From a virus: a stretch of DNA of 64,000 nucleotides. The stretch is taken from IMG/VR virus record IMGVR_UViG_3300032249_000925, positions 35,363 through 99,362 of that record. One strand, given 5' to 3'. The position numbers were made by a program, and so were the translations under genes. Shown here piece after piece: positions 29,272 through 39,509 of the stretch; position 1 is the first letter of the stretch, and every line of letters starts with the position of its first letter. Under the pieces are notes generated by a model. That model was not told the origin of the DNA. It did not search any database and saw nothing but the letters and a program-made list of their open reading frames with translations.

Positions 29272-29658
29272 ATGACTTTATTTTTTAACCTAAAAATCTT
29301 AGAACAAGACACAAAAGGTGATGCAGAATATTTGGTAGAAGCCCTTAACAAATTTTACAAGGGTATAACTATACCAAAAAACAAACATGAAAAATACAAG
29401 CCACTACCAAGGTTACAGGCAGGCAGTAGTTTTATACTCAAACCTAAACCATTTTTTGATAACACGGGCATAGATTCAGTCTATAGAGCACAGTACATTA
29501 AATTAGCTGCATTAAGAAATTACGGTTTATATAAAACTAATGGCATTAAATTTGTAGACTTAACTCTGTATCCTGATATTGATTTAAACAATATAAAATC
29601 AAACCCGCTTTTAATAATTGCTAACAAACAAATTAAATTTATACACGAGGAAACTTAA
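29272..29658 (+). CDS. Conserved T5-like hypothetical protein
   Basis: Position between D10 and D11. Confidence 0.65.
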   Translation: MTLFFNLKILEQDTKGDAEYLVEALNKFYKGITIPKNKHEKYKPLPRLQAGSSFILKPKPFFDNTGIDSVYRAQYIKLAALRNYGLYKTNGIKFVDLTLYPDIDLNNIKSNPLLIIANKQIKFIHEET

Positions 29659-29660
29659 AA

Positions 29661-30296
29661 ATGGCACTAACTTTTAAGCAAACTAAAGGCCGCGCACAAA
29701 AAAGTTCAGTTGAAAGCTATGAGTACAAAGACGGTGAAAATACTGTTCGCTTAATTGGCGGTGTACTACCACGCTATGTTTACTGGGTAAAAGGTACTAA
29801 TAACAAAGACATTCCTATTGAATGTTTAGCCTTTAGCCGTGAAAAAGAAAAATTTGATAACCTAGAAAAAGACTGGGTTCCTGAATTTCATCCTGATCTT
29901 AAATGCAGTTGGAGCTATGCAGTTAATTGCATTGATTCCAAAGACGGCAAAGTTAAAGTTCTTAACTTAAAAAAGAAACTATTTGAGCAAATTATCACTG
30001 CTGCAGAAGATTTAGGCGATCCTACAGATCTAGAAACTGGTTGGGATGTAGTGTTTAAACGAGTAAAAACTGGGCCTCTTGCATATAATGTAGAGTACAC
30101 CTTGCAAGTACTACGTTGCAAACAGCGTAAACTAAACTCACAAGAAATAGAACTAGCAGAAAAAGCTCAGCCTATTGATGAAAAATATCCTCGTGGAAAC
30201 CCTGATGAAATCAAAGCATTGCTTGAAAAACTCCAGGCTGGTGCAGAAGAAGAACAGACTCAAAGCGAACAAGAAGCTGTAAAAGAGCTAGGTTAA
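29661..30296 (+). CDS. ssDNA-binding protein (T5 D11-like)
   Basis: GVLPRYVYWV, LGDPTD..TGWD, KTGP..NVEY; acidic tail. Confidence 0.85.
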   Translation: MALTFKQTKGRAQKSSVESYEYKDGENTVRLIGGVLPRYVYWVKGTNNKDIPIECLAFSREKEKFDNLEKDWVPEFHPDLKCSWSYAVNCIDSKDGKVKVLNLKKKLFEQIITAAEDLGDPTDLETGWDVVFKRVKTGPLAYNVEYTLQVLRCKQRKLNSQEIELAEKAQPIDEKYPRGNPDEIKALLEKLQAGAEEEQTQSEQEAVKELG

Positions 30297-30303
30297 ATAA
30301 CAA

Positions 30304-30338
30304 AGCCCGCTAAAGCTAATACTTTAGCGGGCTATTTT
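30304..30338 (+). terminator. Rho-independent terminator
   Basis: AGCCCGCTAAAG/CTTTAGCGGGCT stem. Confidence 0.8.
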
Positions 30339-30350
30339 GTCTGGTAAAAA

Positions 30351-31301
30351 ATGAACATATTATTCACAGCAGATATACACATAAAACTGGGTCAAAAAAA
30401 TGTTCCAGTTGATTGGGCTAAAAATAGATTTCAGCTATTTACAGAACAGTTTAAAAAAATGCAACAACACGCCGACTTAGTAGTTTTAGGTGGTGATATT
30501 TTTGACAGATTGCCTACAATGGATGAAGTAGAGCTTTATTTTGATTTAATAGCTGGCATTGATGTAGAGTGCATAGTCTACCCTGGCAATCATGAAATGC
30601 TTAAAAAAGACACTACTTTTTTAAGTTATCTAAAACGCGCTACTACTAGAATTAATCCACTAGTAACTATTGTAGATGACTTCTATACACGACACGGTAT
30701 TGATTTTGTGCCCTACAATAAGTTAAAAGAATTAGAAACTACAAAGTACACTTTTGATGAAAAGATTCTTTGTACTCATGTACGCGGCGAAATTCCACCA
30801 CACGTTAAATCTGAAATTGACCTTAATTTATTAGATCGTTGGCAGCTAGTATTAGCAGGAGATTTACACAGCTATGAAAATTCGCAACGTAATATACTTT
30901 ATCCTGGAAGTCCTTACACGACCAGTTTTCATCGCAATACTGTTAGCACTGGTTGTATATTGCTGGACTCTAAAAACCTTACTCATATCTGGTTAAATTT
31001 TAATTTACCACAGCTTATCAAACAAACCGTAGGAGTGCATGACCCTAAACCGCAGACCCTATTTCATCATACAATTTATGAAATTGAAGGCGATTTGCAT
31101 GAACTAGGGCAGCTTGAGGACAGCGATCTTATTGACAAAAAAGTAGTTAAACGTGCACAAGAAACTCAACTAATCCTAGATCCAGAACTTTCACTAGGCG
31201 AAGAAGTTCGTGAGTATTTAACTTATATTTTACAGCTTAATGAAACTGCAGTTGTTGAAACACTAAAAGAATTTTACAATTATGCGGATAAATTAGAATG
31301 A
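30351..31301 (+). CDS. SbcD/Mre11-like nuclease (T5 D12)
   Basis: ADIH, GGDIFD, GNHE, AGDLH, YPGSP. Confidence 0.92.
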   Translation: MNILFTADIHIKLGQKNVPVDWAKNRFQLFTEQFKKMQQHADLVVLGGDIFDRLPTMDEVELYFDLIAGIDVECIVYPGNHEMLKKDTTFLSYLKRATTRINPLVTIVDDFYTRHGIDFVPYNKLKELETTKYTFDEKILCTHVRGEIPPHVKSEIDLNLLDRWQLVLAGDLHSYENSQRNILYPGSPYTTSFHRNTVSTGCILLDSKNLTHIWLNFNLPQLIKQTVGVHDPKPQTLFHHTIYEIEGDLHELGQLEDSDLIDKKVVKRAQETQLILDPELSLGEEVREYLTYILQLNETAVVETLKEFYNYADKLE

Positions 31302-33094
31302 TTACACTAAAGCAATTAAATTGGTCCAATGCTTTTAGTTATGGTTTGGGTAATAAGATTGATTTTACTCAAAGCCCACTTATTCAACTTGTGGGTAAAA
31401 ATGGACATGGTAAAAGCAGCATTGCATTAATCTTAGAAGAAGTTTTATTCAACAAAAATAGCAAAGGTATTAAAAAAGGCGATATTTTAAATCGTTATAC
31501 AAAAGACAAAAACTATCAAATTGAACTTATTTTTATTAAAGATGGTTGTGAGTATAAAATTGAAACAAAACGTGGTGCTCAACAACAAGTAAAACTCTAC
31601 AAAGGTTTAGAAGATATTAGTGGACATACAGCTACTACAACTTATAAATTAATAGAGCAACTTATAGGTATAGACCACAAAACTTTTTCACAAATTGTAT
31701 ATCAAAGTCATGCAGGTAGCCTAGAGTTTTTAACTAGTGCAGATACTGCTAGAAAAAAGTTTTTAATTGAGTTATTAAACCTAGGCAAGTATACACAAGC
31801 TGGAGAAGTATTTAAACAAGCAGCTACAGAAGTAGGTAAAGACCTTACAGAAGCACAAGCTAAATTAAGTACTATTCAACAGTGGATTGCTAAATATACT
31901 AAAACAAATTTTCAATTAAAAAATTATACTCCGGTTTCCGTTTTAGACGATAGTCTGGTTGCAGAAGCTAGTAGACTATCAACTACTATTCAAGATATTG
32001 AAAAAACCAATAAAAAAATTACGCAAAATAATACCTACAAACAACTAAAAGATAAAATCAACTTGTTGCCAGTGCCTGATAAACCCGAAACAGATATAAG
32101 TTTATCAGTAACTAAAAAAGCTGAATATGATAAAACTATTCAAGATGCTACCATATTCAAAAAGAAAATGACAGCATTGCATGGTAACTGCCCTACGTGC
32201 TTACAAACTATTGATAGTGAAAAAACTAAAAATCTAGTAACAGAACAAGATACAATTATTTTACTAGCTAAAGCCCAAGCAGATCGTGAAACCGCAAAAA
32301 TTAAAAATTATAATGAACAGTTAAACAAATGGAATACAGCGCAACGTAATCAAGAAGATTGGGAAAAATATCATCAATTAATTGATGTAGAACTACCAGA
32401 AAATCTATTAGACGAAGCAATATTACAAAAACAATTAAAAAATTTACAACAACAAATCTTAAAAACAAAACAAGATATTGCAGATGCAGAAAAACACAAT
32501 CACGAAGTAACGGCACACAATAATCGACTAGAGTTAATAAAATCACAAATAGTTGAAATGGAAACGGAACTTGGCGAATGGACTGCAAAAGCTAATCAAT
32601 TAACTGCAAAATTAAACACTATTAATACACTAGTAAAAACTTTTAGTACTACTGGTTTAGTAGCGTATAAAATTGAAAATCTTGTTAAAGACCTAGAAGT
32701 TATTAGTAATGAATATCTAGGCGAATTAAGTAGCGGTAGATTTCAAATAAGTTTTCAAATCAGCGGCAGTGACAAATTAAATGTTGTTATTACCGATAAC
32801 GGAACAGATATTGATATTTTAGCGCTTAGCGGGGGTGAACGAGCAAGAGTTAATGTGGCAACACTATTAGCAATTAGAAAGCTAATGCAAAGTTTAAGTC
32901 ATAGCAGAATTAATTTGTTAATCTTAGATGAAACTATTGAAGCACTAGACGTAGATGGTAAGGAGAAACTAATTGAAGTCTTACTTAAAGAAGAATCTCT
33001 CAATACAATACTCGTTAGTCACGGATTCAGCCACCCCTTATTGGAAAAAGTACACGTTGTTAAACAAAACAACATTTCTAAAATCGATGGATAA
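31298..33094 (+). CDS. SbcC/Rad50-like ATPase (T5 D13)
   Basis: GKNGHGKS, CPTC zinc hook, LSGGE, LILDE. Confidence 0.94.
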   Translation: MITLKQLNWSNAFSYGLGNKIDFTQSPLIQLVGKNGHGKSSIALILEEVLFNKNSKGIKKGDILNRYTKDKNYQIELIFIKDGCEYKIETKRGAQQQVKLYKGLEDISGHTATTTYKLIEQLIGIDHKTFSQIVYQSHAGSLEFLTSADTARKKFLIELLNLGKYTQAGEVFKQAATEVGKDLTEAQAKLSTIQQWIAKYTKTNFQLKNYTPVSVLDDSLVAEASRLSTTIQDIEKTNKKITQNNTYKQLKDKINLLPVPDKPETDISLSVTKKAEYDKTIQDATIFKKKMTALHGNCPTCLQTIDSEKTKNLVTEQDTIILLAKAQADRETAKIKNYNEQLNKWNTAQRNQEDWEKYHQLIDVELPENLLDEAILQKQLKNLQQQILKTKQDIADAEKHNHEVTAHNNRLELIKSQIVEMETELGEWTAKANQLTAKLNTINTLVKTFSTTGLVAYKIENLVKDLEVISNEYLGELSSGRFQISFQISGSDKLNVVITDNGTDIDILALSGGERARVNVATLLAIRKLMQSLSHSRINLLILDETIEALDVDGKEKLIEVLLKEESLNTILVSHGFSHPLLEKVHVVKQNNISKIDG

Positions 33095-33355
33095 TAATAT
33101 GTATATAATCGAACGTATAATCAGAGCCAAAGCTACAGCAATCGTAGACGGCAGAGAAACAGAACTTAAGGAAGGTGATTACATTACCAAAGAACAACTT
33201 GAAACATTAAAAGTTTATGGTGATAAATTAATCTATAGGATCGATCAAAATTGTACAGGAGAAATTTGTGGAATTGATATTGAAGCATATTTAGCACCAG
33301 TACACACAAATAGTGCACCTATGGTACAAATATCTCCTGAATCTGCAACAAAATA

Positions 33356-33814
33356 ATGGTAGATTCTAGAGCTAAAGGCGCTAGAACAGAAACAGTAATC
33401 AGGGACCTTTTTCGCAAACATACCAACTTAGGGTGGGAACGGGTTCCTGGTTCAGGTGCACTAGATGAAAAACATGGATTAAAAGGCGATTTATACGTTC
33501 CTAATTACAAGAACACGTTTTGTGTTGAAGCAAAAGGATACGCAGATGATCACTTAACTAGCGCAATATTAACATCCAAGTCTCCACAATTACTAGAATT
33601 TTGGCAACAAACTATTCGTCAGGCTAAACAAGTTAGTAAATTGCCGTTGTTAACTTTTAAACATGATCGTAGTAAAGTATTTGTAGCCTTTAGCAGTGAT
33701 TATTGTATACCAGAAAACTATCACCATTTTTATGTGCACAGACAGCCACATAGTTTCTATGTTGCGCTTTTAGAAGACTGGTTAACATTTGAGCACCCAC
33801 AATTTGTGTCTTGA
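33356..33814 (+). CDS. PD-(D/E)xK Holliday junction resolvase-like protein (T5 D14)
   Basis: SRAKGAR.E, RVPGSGA, KGD, VEAK. Confidence 0.85.
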   Translation: MVDSRAKGARTETVIRDLFRKHTNLGWERVPGSGALDEKHGLKGDLYVPNYKNTFCVEAKGYADDHLTSAILTSKSPQLLEFWQQTIRQAKQVSKLPLLTFKHDRSKVFVAFSSDYCIPENYHHFYVHRQPHSFYVALLEDWLTFEHPQFVS

Positions 33815-33839
33815 CTTAACGGTTAATATTTAGTATAAT
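33811..33839 (+). promoter_or_regulatory. sigma70-type promoter
   Basis: TTGACT-17 bp-TATAAT. Confidence 0.75.
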
Positions 33840-33844
33840 ATTAA

Positions 33845-34135
33845 ATGAAAAATATTTTAATAAAGCCAACACTAGACTGGATATACAATGATTACAAGTC
33901 CAATCGTTTTAGGTTTACTATGGAGCTGGTTGCTTGGGCTCTTAGTATTGGGTGTGCTGCTATTATGGCTGGAACAGTACCAAACCCTCCACTTATGGCT
34001 CTTTATCCCACTTGGATTACTGGTTGTGCTATTTATGCCTGGTGTGCTTGGTCTCGCCGTTCATTTGGTATGTTGGCTAACTACCTCTTGCTTGTCTCCA
34101 TTGATATACTAGGACTTATAAGACTATTAACATGA
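33845..34135 (+). CDS. Small three-TM membrane protein
   Basis: Three hydrophobic segments. Confidence 0.65.
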   Translation: MKNILIKPTLDWIYNDYKSNRFRFTMELVAWALSIGCAAIMAGTVPNPPLMALYPTWITGCAIYAWCAWSRRSFGMLANYLLLVSIDILGLIRLLT

Positions 34136-34977
34136 GTAAAACATTTCAACAAGTTTCAGAACAAGAAAATTGCTTAATAGTAGTAGATGCACTAAACCTA
34201 GCTTTTCGTTGGAAACACAGCGGTGCTACAAATTTTGCAGAAGATTATAAGCGCACAATAGAAAGTTTAAAGAAAAGCTATAAAGCTCGTTGGGTTATTA
34301 TTGCAGCAGATCAAGGTTCTAGTAGTTATCGCAAAGAAATTTATCCTGAATACAAGCAAAATCGTAAAGATAAATTTGCTGAACAAACCGACGCTGAACG
34401 TGCAGCTTTTGAACTTTTCTTTGAAGACTATCAAGCTAGCTTAGACTATATTCGTGAAACTACTGACTATCCAGTTATACAATTTAAACAAACAGAAGCA
34501 GATGATATCGTCGCATATATTACTAGTGTTTATCATACTCGGCCTATTGATCACATATGGATGATTTCTAGCGACAAAGACTGGGATTTATTAATTAGTG
34601 ACAAAGTAAGCAGATTTAGTTATGTAACACGTAAAGAAATAACTGCTAATAATTGGCATACACATTATGATTTTCCACATGAACATTATATTTCCATAAA
34701 GTGTTTAATGGGCGACACTGGTGATAATGTACAAGGTGTAGAAGGTATAGGCCCAAAACGCGCACAACAATTAGTTAGCGAATACGGCACTGCGCTAGAC
34801 ATAGTGGCAGAACTACCTATTCAAAGTAAATTAAAATACATTAAATCACTAAATCAAGCTGCTGATAAAATTTTACTTAACTATCAGCTCATGGATTTAG
34901 TAACTTTTTGCAGAGATGCGCTGGGTGAAAACACCAAGCAAATAGATGAAATTTTAAAAGAGTATTGCAAGGATTAA
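34132..34977 (+). CDS. 5'-3' flap endonuclease (T5 D15)
   Basis: VDALNLAFR, YKQNR, EADD, SSDKD, GDTGDNV.GV.GIGPKRA. Confidence 0.95.
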   Translation: MSKTFQQVSEQENCLIVVDALNLAFRWKHSGATNFAEDYKRTIESLKKSYKARWVIIAADQGSSSYRKEIYPEYKQNRKDKFAEQTDAERAAFELFFEDYQASLDYIRETTDYPVIQFKQTEADDIVAYITSVYHTRPIDHIWMISSDKDWDLLISDKVSRFSYVTRKEITANNWHTHYDFPHEHYISIKCLMGDTGDNVQGVEGIGPKRAQQLVSEYGTALDIVAELPIQSKLKYIKSLNQAADKILLNYQLMDLVTFCRDALGENTKQIDEILKEYCKD

Positions 34978-34978
34978 T

Positions 34979-36940
34979 ATGGTTAGCACAAGAGCACAAG
35001 TAATTACACGTCGTACATATAATCGTCCTACTAGTGACGACGGAAAACAATTTGAAACATGGGAAGAAACAGTTGCCCGTGTAATTGATCATCAAGCATG
35101 GCTATGGGAACGTGCAGTTAATCGTGAATTAAATGATCAAGAATATGCAGAACTTTATGACTTAGAACAGCTAATGTTAGATCGCAAAGTATTAATGAGC
35201 GGTCGCACGCTTTGGCTTGGCGGAACTAAAGTAGCTAAAACACGAGAAGCAAGTCAGTTTAATTGCAGCTTTACTCATGTAGAAACTGTATATGATGTAG
35301 TAGATGTGCTATGGTTATTGCTACAAGGTTGCGGTGTAGGATTTAAACCTATTGTAGGTACTCTTAATGGATTTTCAAATCCAATTAAAAATATCAAAAC
35401 AATTCGTAGTCAGCGCACTGAAAAAGGCGGCAATGAATACAATACAGAAACTTGGGATGCAACAACTAAAACTTGGACACTGCAAATTGGTGACAGTGCA
35501 GAAGCTTGGGCTAAAAGTATTGGTAAGCTATTAGCAGGCAAATATCCAGCAGAAACACTAGTTTTAGATTTTTCGCAGTTGCGTCCAGCAGGAGAAAGGT
35601 TAAAAGGTTATGGTTGGATTTCTTCAGGCGATACTGCAATTAGTGCTGCATATACTAGCATTGCCAATATTCTTAATGGTAGGGCTGACAGTCTACTTAC
35701 TAGGATGGATATTCTGGACATTGTTAATCATCTGGGCACTATTCTTAGCAGCCGCCGAAGTGCTGAAATCGCTCTTTTCGACTATGGTCAGCCTGAGTGG
35801 GAAGAGTTTGCAGTAGCTAAAAAAGACTGGTGGCTACACAACAATGAACATCGTACTCAAAGTAATAATAGCCTAGTGTTTAAAGAAAAACCACTGCGCG
35901 AAGACTTAGAAAAGATTTTTCACCTAATGCAAGAAGCAGGCGGTAGTGAGCCAGGTTTTATTAATGAAGTAGAAGCTCTTAGACGAGCACCTTGGTTTAA
36001 AGGCGCTAATCCTTGTGTAGAAATTTTACTGGGCAATAAAAGTTTTTGCAACTTAACAGAAACTGACTTAGCTAAATTTCGTGGCGACAATGCAGGACTA
36101 CACGCTGCTATTAGATTAGCTGCTAGAGCCAACTATCGTCAAACTTGTGTTGACTTACAAGATGGTATCTTACAAGAATCTTGGCATTTAAACAACTACT
36201 TTTTACGATTGTGCGGTGTAGGTTTAACAGGCATTGCAATGCGTCCAGATATGGGCAGTTACGATTACGAATACTTAAAGCGCACAGCAACAGCTGCTGC
36301 TGTAGGTATGGCACAAGAACTAGGTTTACCAGCTCCAAAAAATGTAACTTGTATTAAGCCTAGTGGTACACTAAGCAAAATTATGGATACTACTGAAGGA
36401 GTGCACAAGCCACTAGGCAAGTACATTTTTAACAATGTACAGTTTAGTAAACACGATCCAGTAGTAGACAAACTGCGTGAAGCAAACTATCATGTTATTA
36501 ATCATCCAGTAGACGATAGCGGCGTGTTAGTAACTTTTCCAGTATGTTGGGATGGTGTAGTGTTTGATAAAGTTGATAGTAAAGAAATTAACTTAGAAAG
36601 TGCTGTTACGCAATTAGAACGATATAAATTGCTACAAACTAGCTGGAATCAACAAAATACTAGTGTAACTATTAGCTATGATCCTAGTGAAATTAGTGAT
36701 ATTATTGATTGGTTACTAGATAACTGGGATTGTTATGTAGGTGTTAGTTTTATTTACAGAACTGATCCTACTAAAACAGCAAAAGATCTAGGCTACCTAT
36801 ATCTTCCACAAGAAGTAGTAGATGAACGTACTTACAGAGACTATATAGCACAACTTAAACCAGTTACGCTAGATAATGCTAATAGTTTTGATGAAATTAT
36901 AGATCAAGAGTGTGCAACCGGCGCATGTCCAATTAGGTAA
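34979..36940 (+). CDS. nrdJ: Class II adenosylcobalamin-dependent ribonucleotide reductase
   Basis: GRTLW, FNCSF, RRSAEI, NPCVEI, FCNL, KPSGT, C-terminal CATGACPIR; no beta-subunit gene nearby. Confidence 0.93.
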   Translation: MVSTRAQVITRRTYNRPTSDDGKQFETWEETVARVIDHQAWLWERAVNRELNDQEYAELYDLEQLMLDRKVLMSGRTLWLGGTKVAKTREASQFNCSFTHVETVYDVVDVLWLLLQGCGVGFKPIVGTLNGFSNPIKNIKTIRSQRTEKGGNEYNTETWDATTKTWTLQIGDSAEAWAKSIGKLLAGKYPAETLVLDFSQLRPAGERLKGYGWISSGDTAISAAYTSIANILNGRADSLLTRMDILDIVNHLGTILSSRRSAEIALFDYGQPEWEEFAVAKKDWWLHNNEHRTQSNNSLVFKEKPLREDLEKIFHLMQEAGGSEPGFINEVEALRRAPWFKGANPCVEILLGNKSFCNLTETDLAKFRGDNAGLHAAIRLAARANYRQTCVDLQDGILQESWHLNNYFLRLCGVGLTGIAMRPDMGSYDYEYLKRTATAAAVGMAQELGLPAPKNVTCIKPSGTLSKIMDTTEGVHKPLGKYIFNNVQFSKHDPVVDKLREANYHVINHPVDDSGVLVTFPVCWDGVVFDKVDSKEINLESAVTQLERYKLLQTSWNQQNTSVTISYDPSEISDIIDWLLDNWDCYVGVSFIYRTDPTKTAKDLGYLYLPQEVVDERTYRDYIAQLKPVTLDNANSFDEIIDQECATGACPIR

Positions 36941-36945
36941 TAAAT

Positions 36946-37146
36946 ATGGCAACAAAACAAACAATAAGTATTAATGTTACAAAAGAAGAGCTAGGTATTC
37001 TTTTAATTGCATTACAAGAAATTCCTGCTAAAATTTGTAATCCACTATCAGAAAAACTAAAAATTCAAGCACAAGAACAATTAGGCAAAACTATTGAACA
37101 TAAAATTAACGAAAGCATTAACATAGACGAAAAATTTGGAAATTAA
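36946..37146 (+). CDS. Hypothetical protein
   Basis: Last plus-strand ORF before the convergent terminator. Confidence 0.55.
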   Translation: MATKQTISINVTKEELGILLIALQEIPAKICNPLSEKLKIQAQEQLGKTIEHKINESINIDEKFGN

Positions 37147-37184
37147 AAAAAAAAGCCCCTAGTACTTCTACTAGGGGCTTTTTT
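37145..37184. terminator. Bidirectional terminator at the plus/minus convergence point
   Basis: A tract-GCCCCTAGTA/TACTAGGGGC-T tract. Confidence 0.9.
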
Positions 37185-37185
37185 A

Positions 37186-37878
37186 TTAGTCGTTATAGGC
37201 TAAGATAATTTGCTTACACATTCTGCTACGTACAATGTCTTCGTCTAGGAATCTAACAATTTCCACACCAGAGATACCTTCAAGTCGTTTAACGCTATCT
37301 TCTAATCCACTGTCTGGAATATCTACTTGTTTAGGATCACCACTTAGGATAATTTTACAGCCTTTGCCAATTCTGCTTAACAACATTTTTAGTTCAGTTT
37401 TGGTTAAATTTTGTGCTTCATCGACTAGTACAATTGCATACTCAAAGCTACTACCTCGCATAAACCCAATAGGTCTAGGATCAATGTCTTTGTTTTTAAC
37501 AGCATACTCGTAGAATCCACGACCTAGTGTTTTTGTAAATACTGAGTCAAATGGCTGTAGGTAGGGCGCATATTTATCGTCAATTTTACCTGGTAAAAAT
37601 CCCATGCCACGACCTGTTTCTACATTTGGTCGGGTAAGAATAATTTTTGAAATTTTACGGTGAAATAATAATCCTGCTGCATAACTAGCGGCTACATAAG
37701 TTTTACCGGTACCAGCACTACCTATGCCAAAAATAATATCGTTTTGTTTAATTGCTTCTAAATAAATGCTTTGAATTTCATTTAGTGGTTTAATTTCCTT
37801 AAAGCCATTTTCAATTGGATTTTTATTTTCAAGAAGTATAGCTTTACGAACTTGTTTTCCAGATGGTTGATTACCCAT
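37186..37878 (-). CDS. phoH: PhoH-family ATPase
   Basis: GSAGTGKT, TRP, GFLPG, MRG, DEAQN, GDPKQ.D, DIVRS. Confidence 0.95.
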   Translation of the reverse strand: MGNQPSGKQVRKAILLENKNPIENGFKEIKPLNEIQSIYLEAIKQNDIIFGIGSAGTGKTYVAASYAAGLLFHRKISKIILTRPNVETGRGMGFLPGKIDDKYAPYLQPFDSVFTKTLGRGFYEYAVKNKDIDPRPIGFMRGSSFEYAIVLVDEAQNLTKTELKMLLSRIGKGCKIILSGDPKQVDIPDSGLEDSVKRLEGISGVEIVRFLDEDIVRSRMCKQIILAYND

Positions 37879-37895
37879 ACAAACCCTTTAATAGG

Positions 37896-38471
37896 TTAAT
37901 GAAGAAACTTTGTATACTTATCGCTACGTGTGTTAATTACATCCTTTACATGATGACGGTTAATATCACAAGCACTACGACTACCGTAAAGTGCCACCTT
38001 AGATTTTAAACAAAGTTTTTCTACATTATCAAACCACCTATTAGGATCACACCAACTTGTTAATTTACAAGCTCTACGCTCGTGATTAACACCACCTAAT
38101 CCACCATTATAGGCAGCATCTGCAAATGCATATGCTTCACGTTTGTCTAACACATACTTATCAAAAGTTTGATAATTATCGCGCATCATTAGTGTTAATG
38201 CACGAATTTGTAGGTCTGGTCGAGTATAAACTACTTGCCACGACAATTCTGATAGCTCTTTAGGATACTTATGTTTTAGTTCTGATAGAGCATCAAACCT
38301 AATAGATCCATCTGCTTTAAAAGCCCTGGTAATCTGACCAAGTCCTGCACCTTCTTCACGATCGCTGCGCAGGCGACTTTGTGAATTCCAGCACTTACTG
38401 TGCTTAAGTGATATGCAAGACTCGTGCTCTATTAGACTAGCAAGGTAAGCTGCTTTGGGTGTGTAGGCCAA
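37896..38471 (-). CDS. Lytic transglycosylase (SLT-type endolysin), catalytic part
   Basis: IEHES, GAGLGQIT, AAYNGGLG; TTG start lacks a well-spaced RBS, so it is probably reached by a -1 frameshift from the upstream ORF. Confidence 0.85.
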   Translation of the reverse strand: MAYTPKAAYLASLIEHESCISLKHSKCWNSQSRLRSDREEGAGLGQITRAFKADGSIRFDALSELKHKYPKELSELSWQVVYTRPDLQIRALTLMMRDNYQTFDKYVLDKREAYAFADAAYNGGLGGVNHERRACKLTSWCDPNRWFDNVEKLCLKSKVALYGSRSACDINRHHVKDVINTRSDKYTKFLH

Positions 38472-38851
38472 ACCTTGTCTTTTTCTTGCTGTAGGGTAGG
38501 CAAGTGTTCATATGCTTGTTTAGGAATATAAGTTTCTGGTGATTGTGCGTAGACTTGTGAGCCAAAAAGACTTAACAAACCGTAGATAATAATACACAAT
38601 CCTATAAATGCTAAACCTGCGCCAGTGGCAGTTTCACGTGCTTTTTTAAGCAGTGATTCCATGTCTGCATAATCAAATAGTGCACGACGTGCAAGATGTG
38701 CAAACCACACAGCTACAATTGGCGTAGCTAATTTAGCTAAAAATGGGATAGTCATGTTACCACCATTAGGGTCGCTGATAAAAAGATACAGCATAACAAT
38801 AAGGGTGCCGCCAATCATAAAAATGTTGCGAAAACGAAAATGTTCTTTCAT
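38432..38851 (-). CDS. Holin-like three-TM protein carrying the apparent N-terminus of the transglycosylase
   Basis: Three hydrophobic segments, then AQSPETYIPKQAYEHLPTL..VWPTHP; lies between spanins and the lysin. Confidence 0.7.
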   Translation of the reverse strand: MKEHFRFRNIFMIGGTLIVMLYLFISDPNGGNMTIPFLAKLATPIVAVWFAHLARRALFDYADMESLLKKARETATGAGLAFIGLCIIIYGLLSLFGSQVYAQSPETYIPKQAYEHLPTLQQEKDKVWPTHPKQLTLLV

Positions 38852-39141
38852 GGATTGTCCAAATTGGAAAGTTTGCGAATAGCCTCTATGCCAACCGCTT
38901 GTTTAAGTGCACACGTGCCGTATAGCCTAATAATTTGAATATAATGTTGAGCTATATCGTCGTATGTGGAATTTTGTGGTAGTAGTGGCAATAGTTCGCA
39001 ACCAATTAATAGTTCTGGTTCTACTACTACACGTTTTTGTGTTGCTGCAATCGCTGGTGTTTCTACAGATTTTTTAGAAAAAATTCCACATCCAGCAAGC
39101 ATTGCAAGAAGGCAAAAACTAAATAATATTTGTGTTTTCAT
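38848..39141 (-). CDS. o-spanin (Rz1-like lipoprotein)
   Basis: Lipobox LAGC; Pro/Cys-rich; lysis cassette position. Confidence 0.8.
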   Translation of the reverse strand: MKTQILFSFCLLAMLAGCGIFSKKSVETPAIAATQKRVVVEPELLIGCELLPLLPQNSTYDDIAQHYIQIIRLYGTCALKQAVGIEAIRKLSNLDNP

Positions 39142-39509
39142 TTTTCGTTGGCTCGCATAATTGCCTCGCCGATACTATCTAAAAATGCTTGTGATGGTAA
39201 ACATTCACCATTTTTTACAATAGTAACCTGCCGCAGTTTTAACTGTTCGCTAATACTAATTATTTGTTTGTTTAATTTTTGTTGTTTTTGTGTTGCTTGT
39301 TGTTGAGCAGCGGTTAAACTACCCTCTAACTGTGTAATTTTTTGTTGTAATTCTAGTTCATATTGTTGCTGAGCTTGTACACACTCTAAGCGTGCTTGTT
39401 CATAGCCGCGAGTATAAATTTTATTGTAGATAAAAAATCCAGCTATAGCTAAGCCTACGCACACAAATATGCTAATTATTATTTTTATATCATTAAGCAT
39501 TTTGTTCAC
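39138..39509 (-). CDS. i-spanin (Rz-like)
   Basis: N-terminal TM followed by a coiled coil. Confidence 0.8.
   Translation of the reverse strand: MNKMLNDIKIIISIFVCVGLAIAGFFIYNKIYTRGYEQARLECVQAQQQYELELQQKITQLEGSLTAAQQQATQKQQKLNKQIISISEQLKLRQVTIVKNGECLPSQAFLDSIGEAIMRANEK

Noticed and set aside
25143-36940. Introns, inteins or homing endonucleases in pol, helicase or RNR
   Set aside because: Genes are of expected length with no insertion motifs
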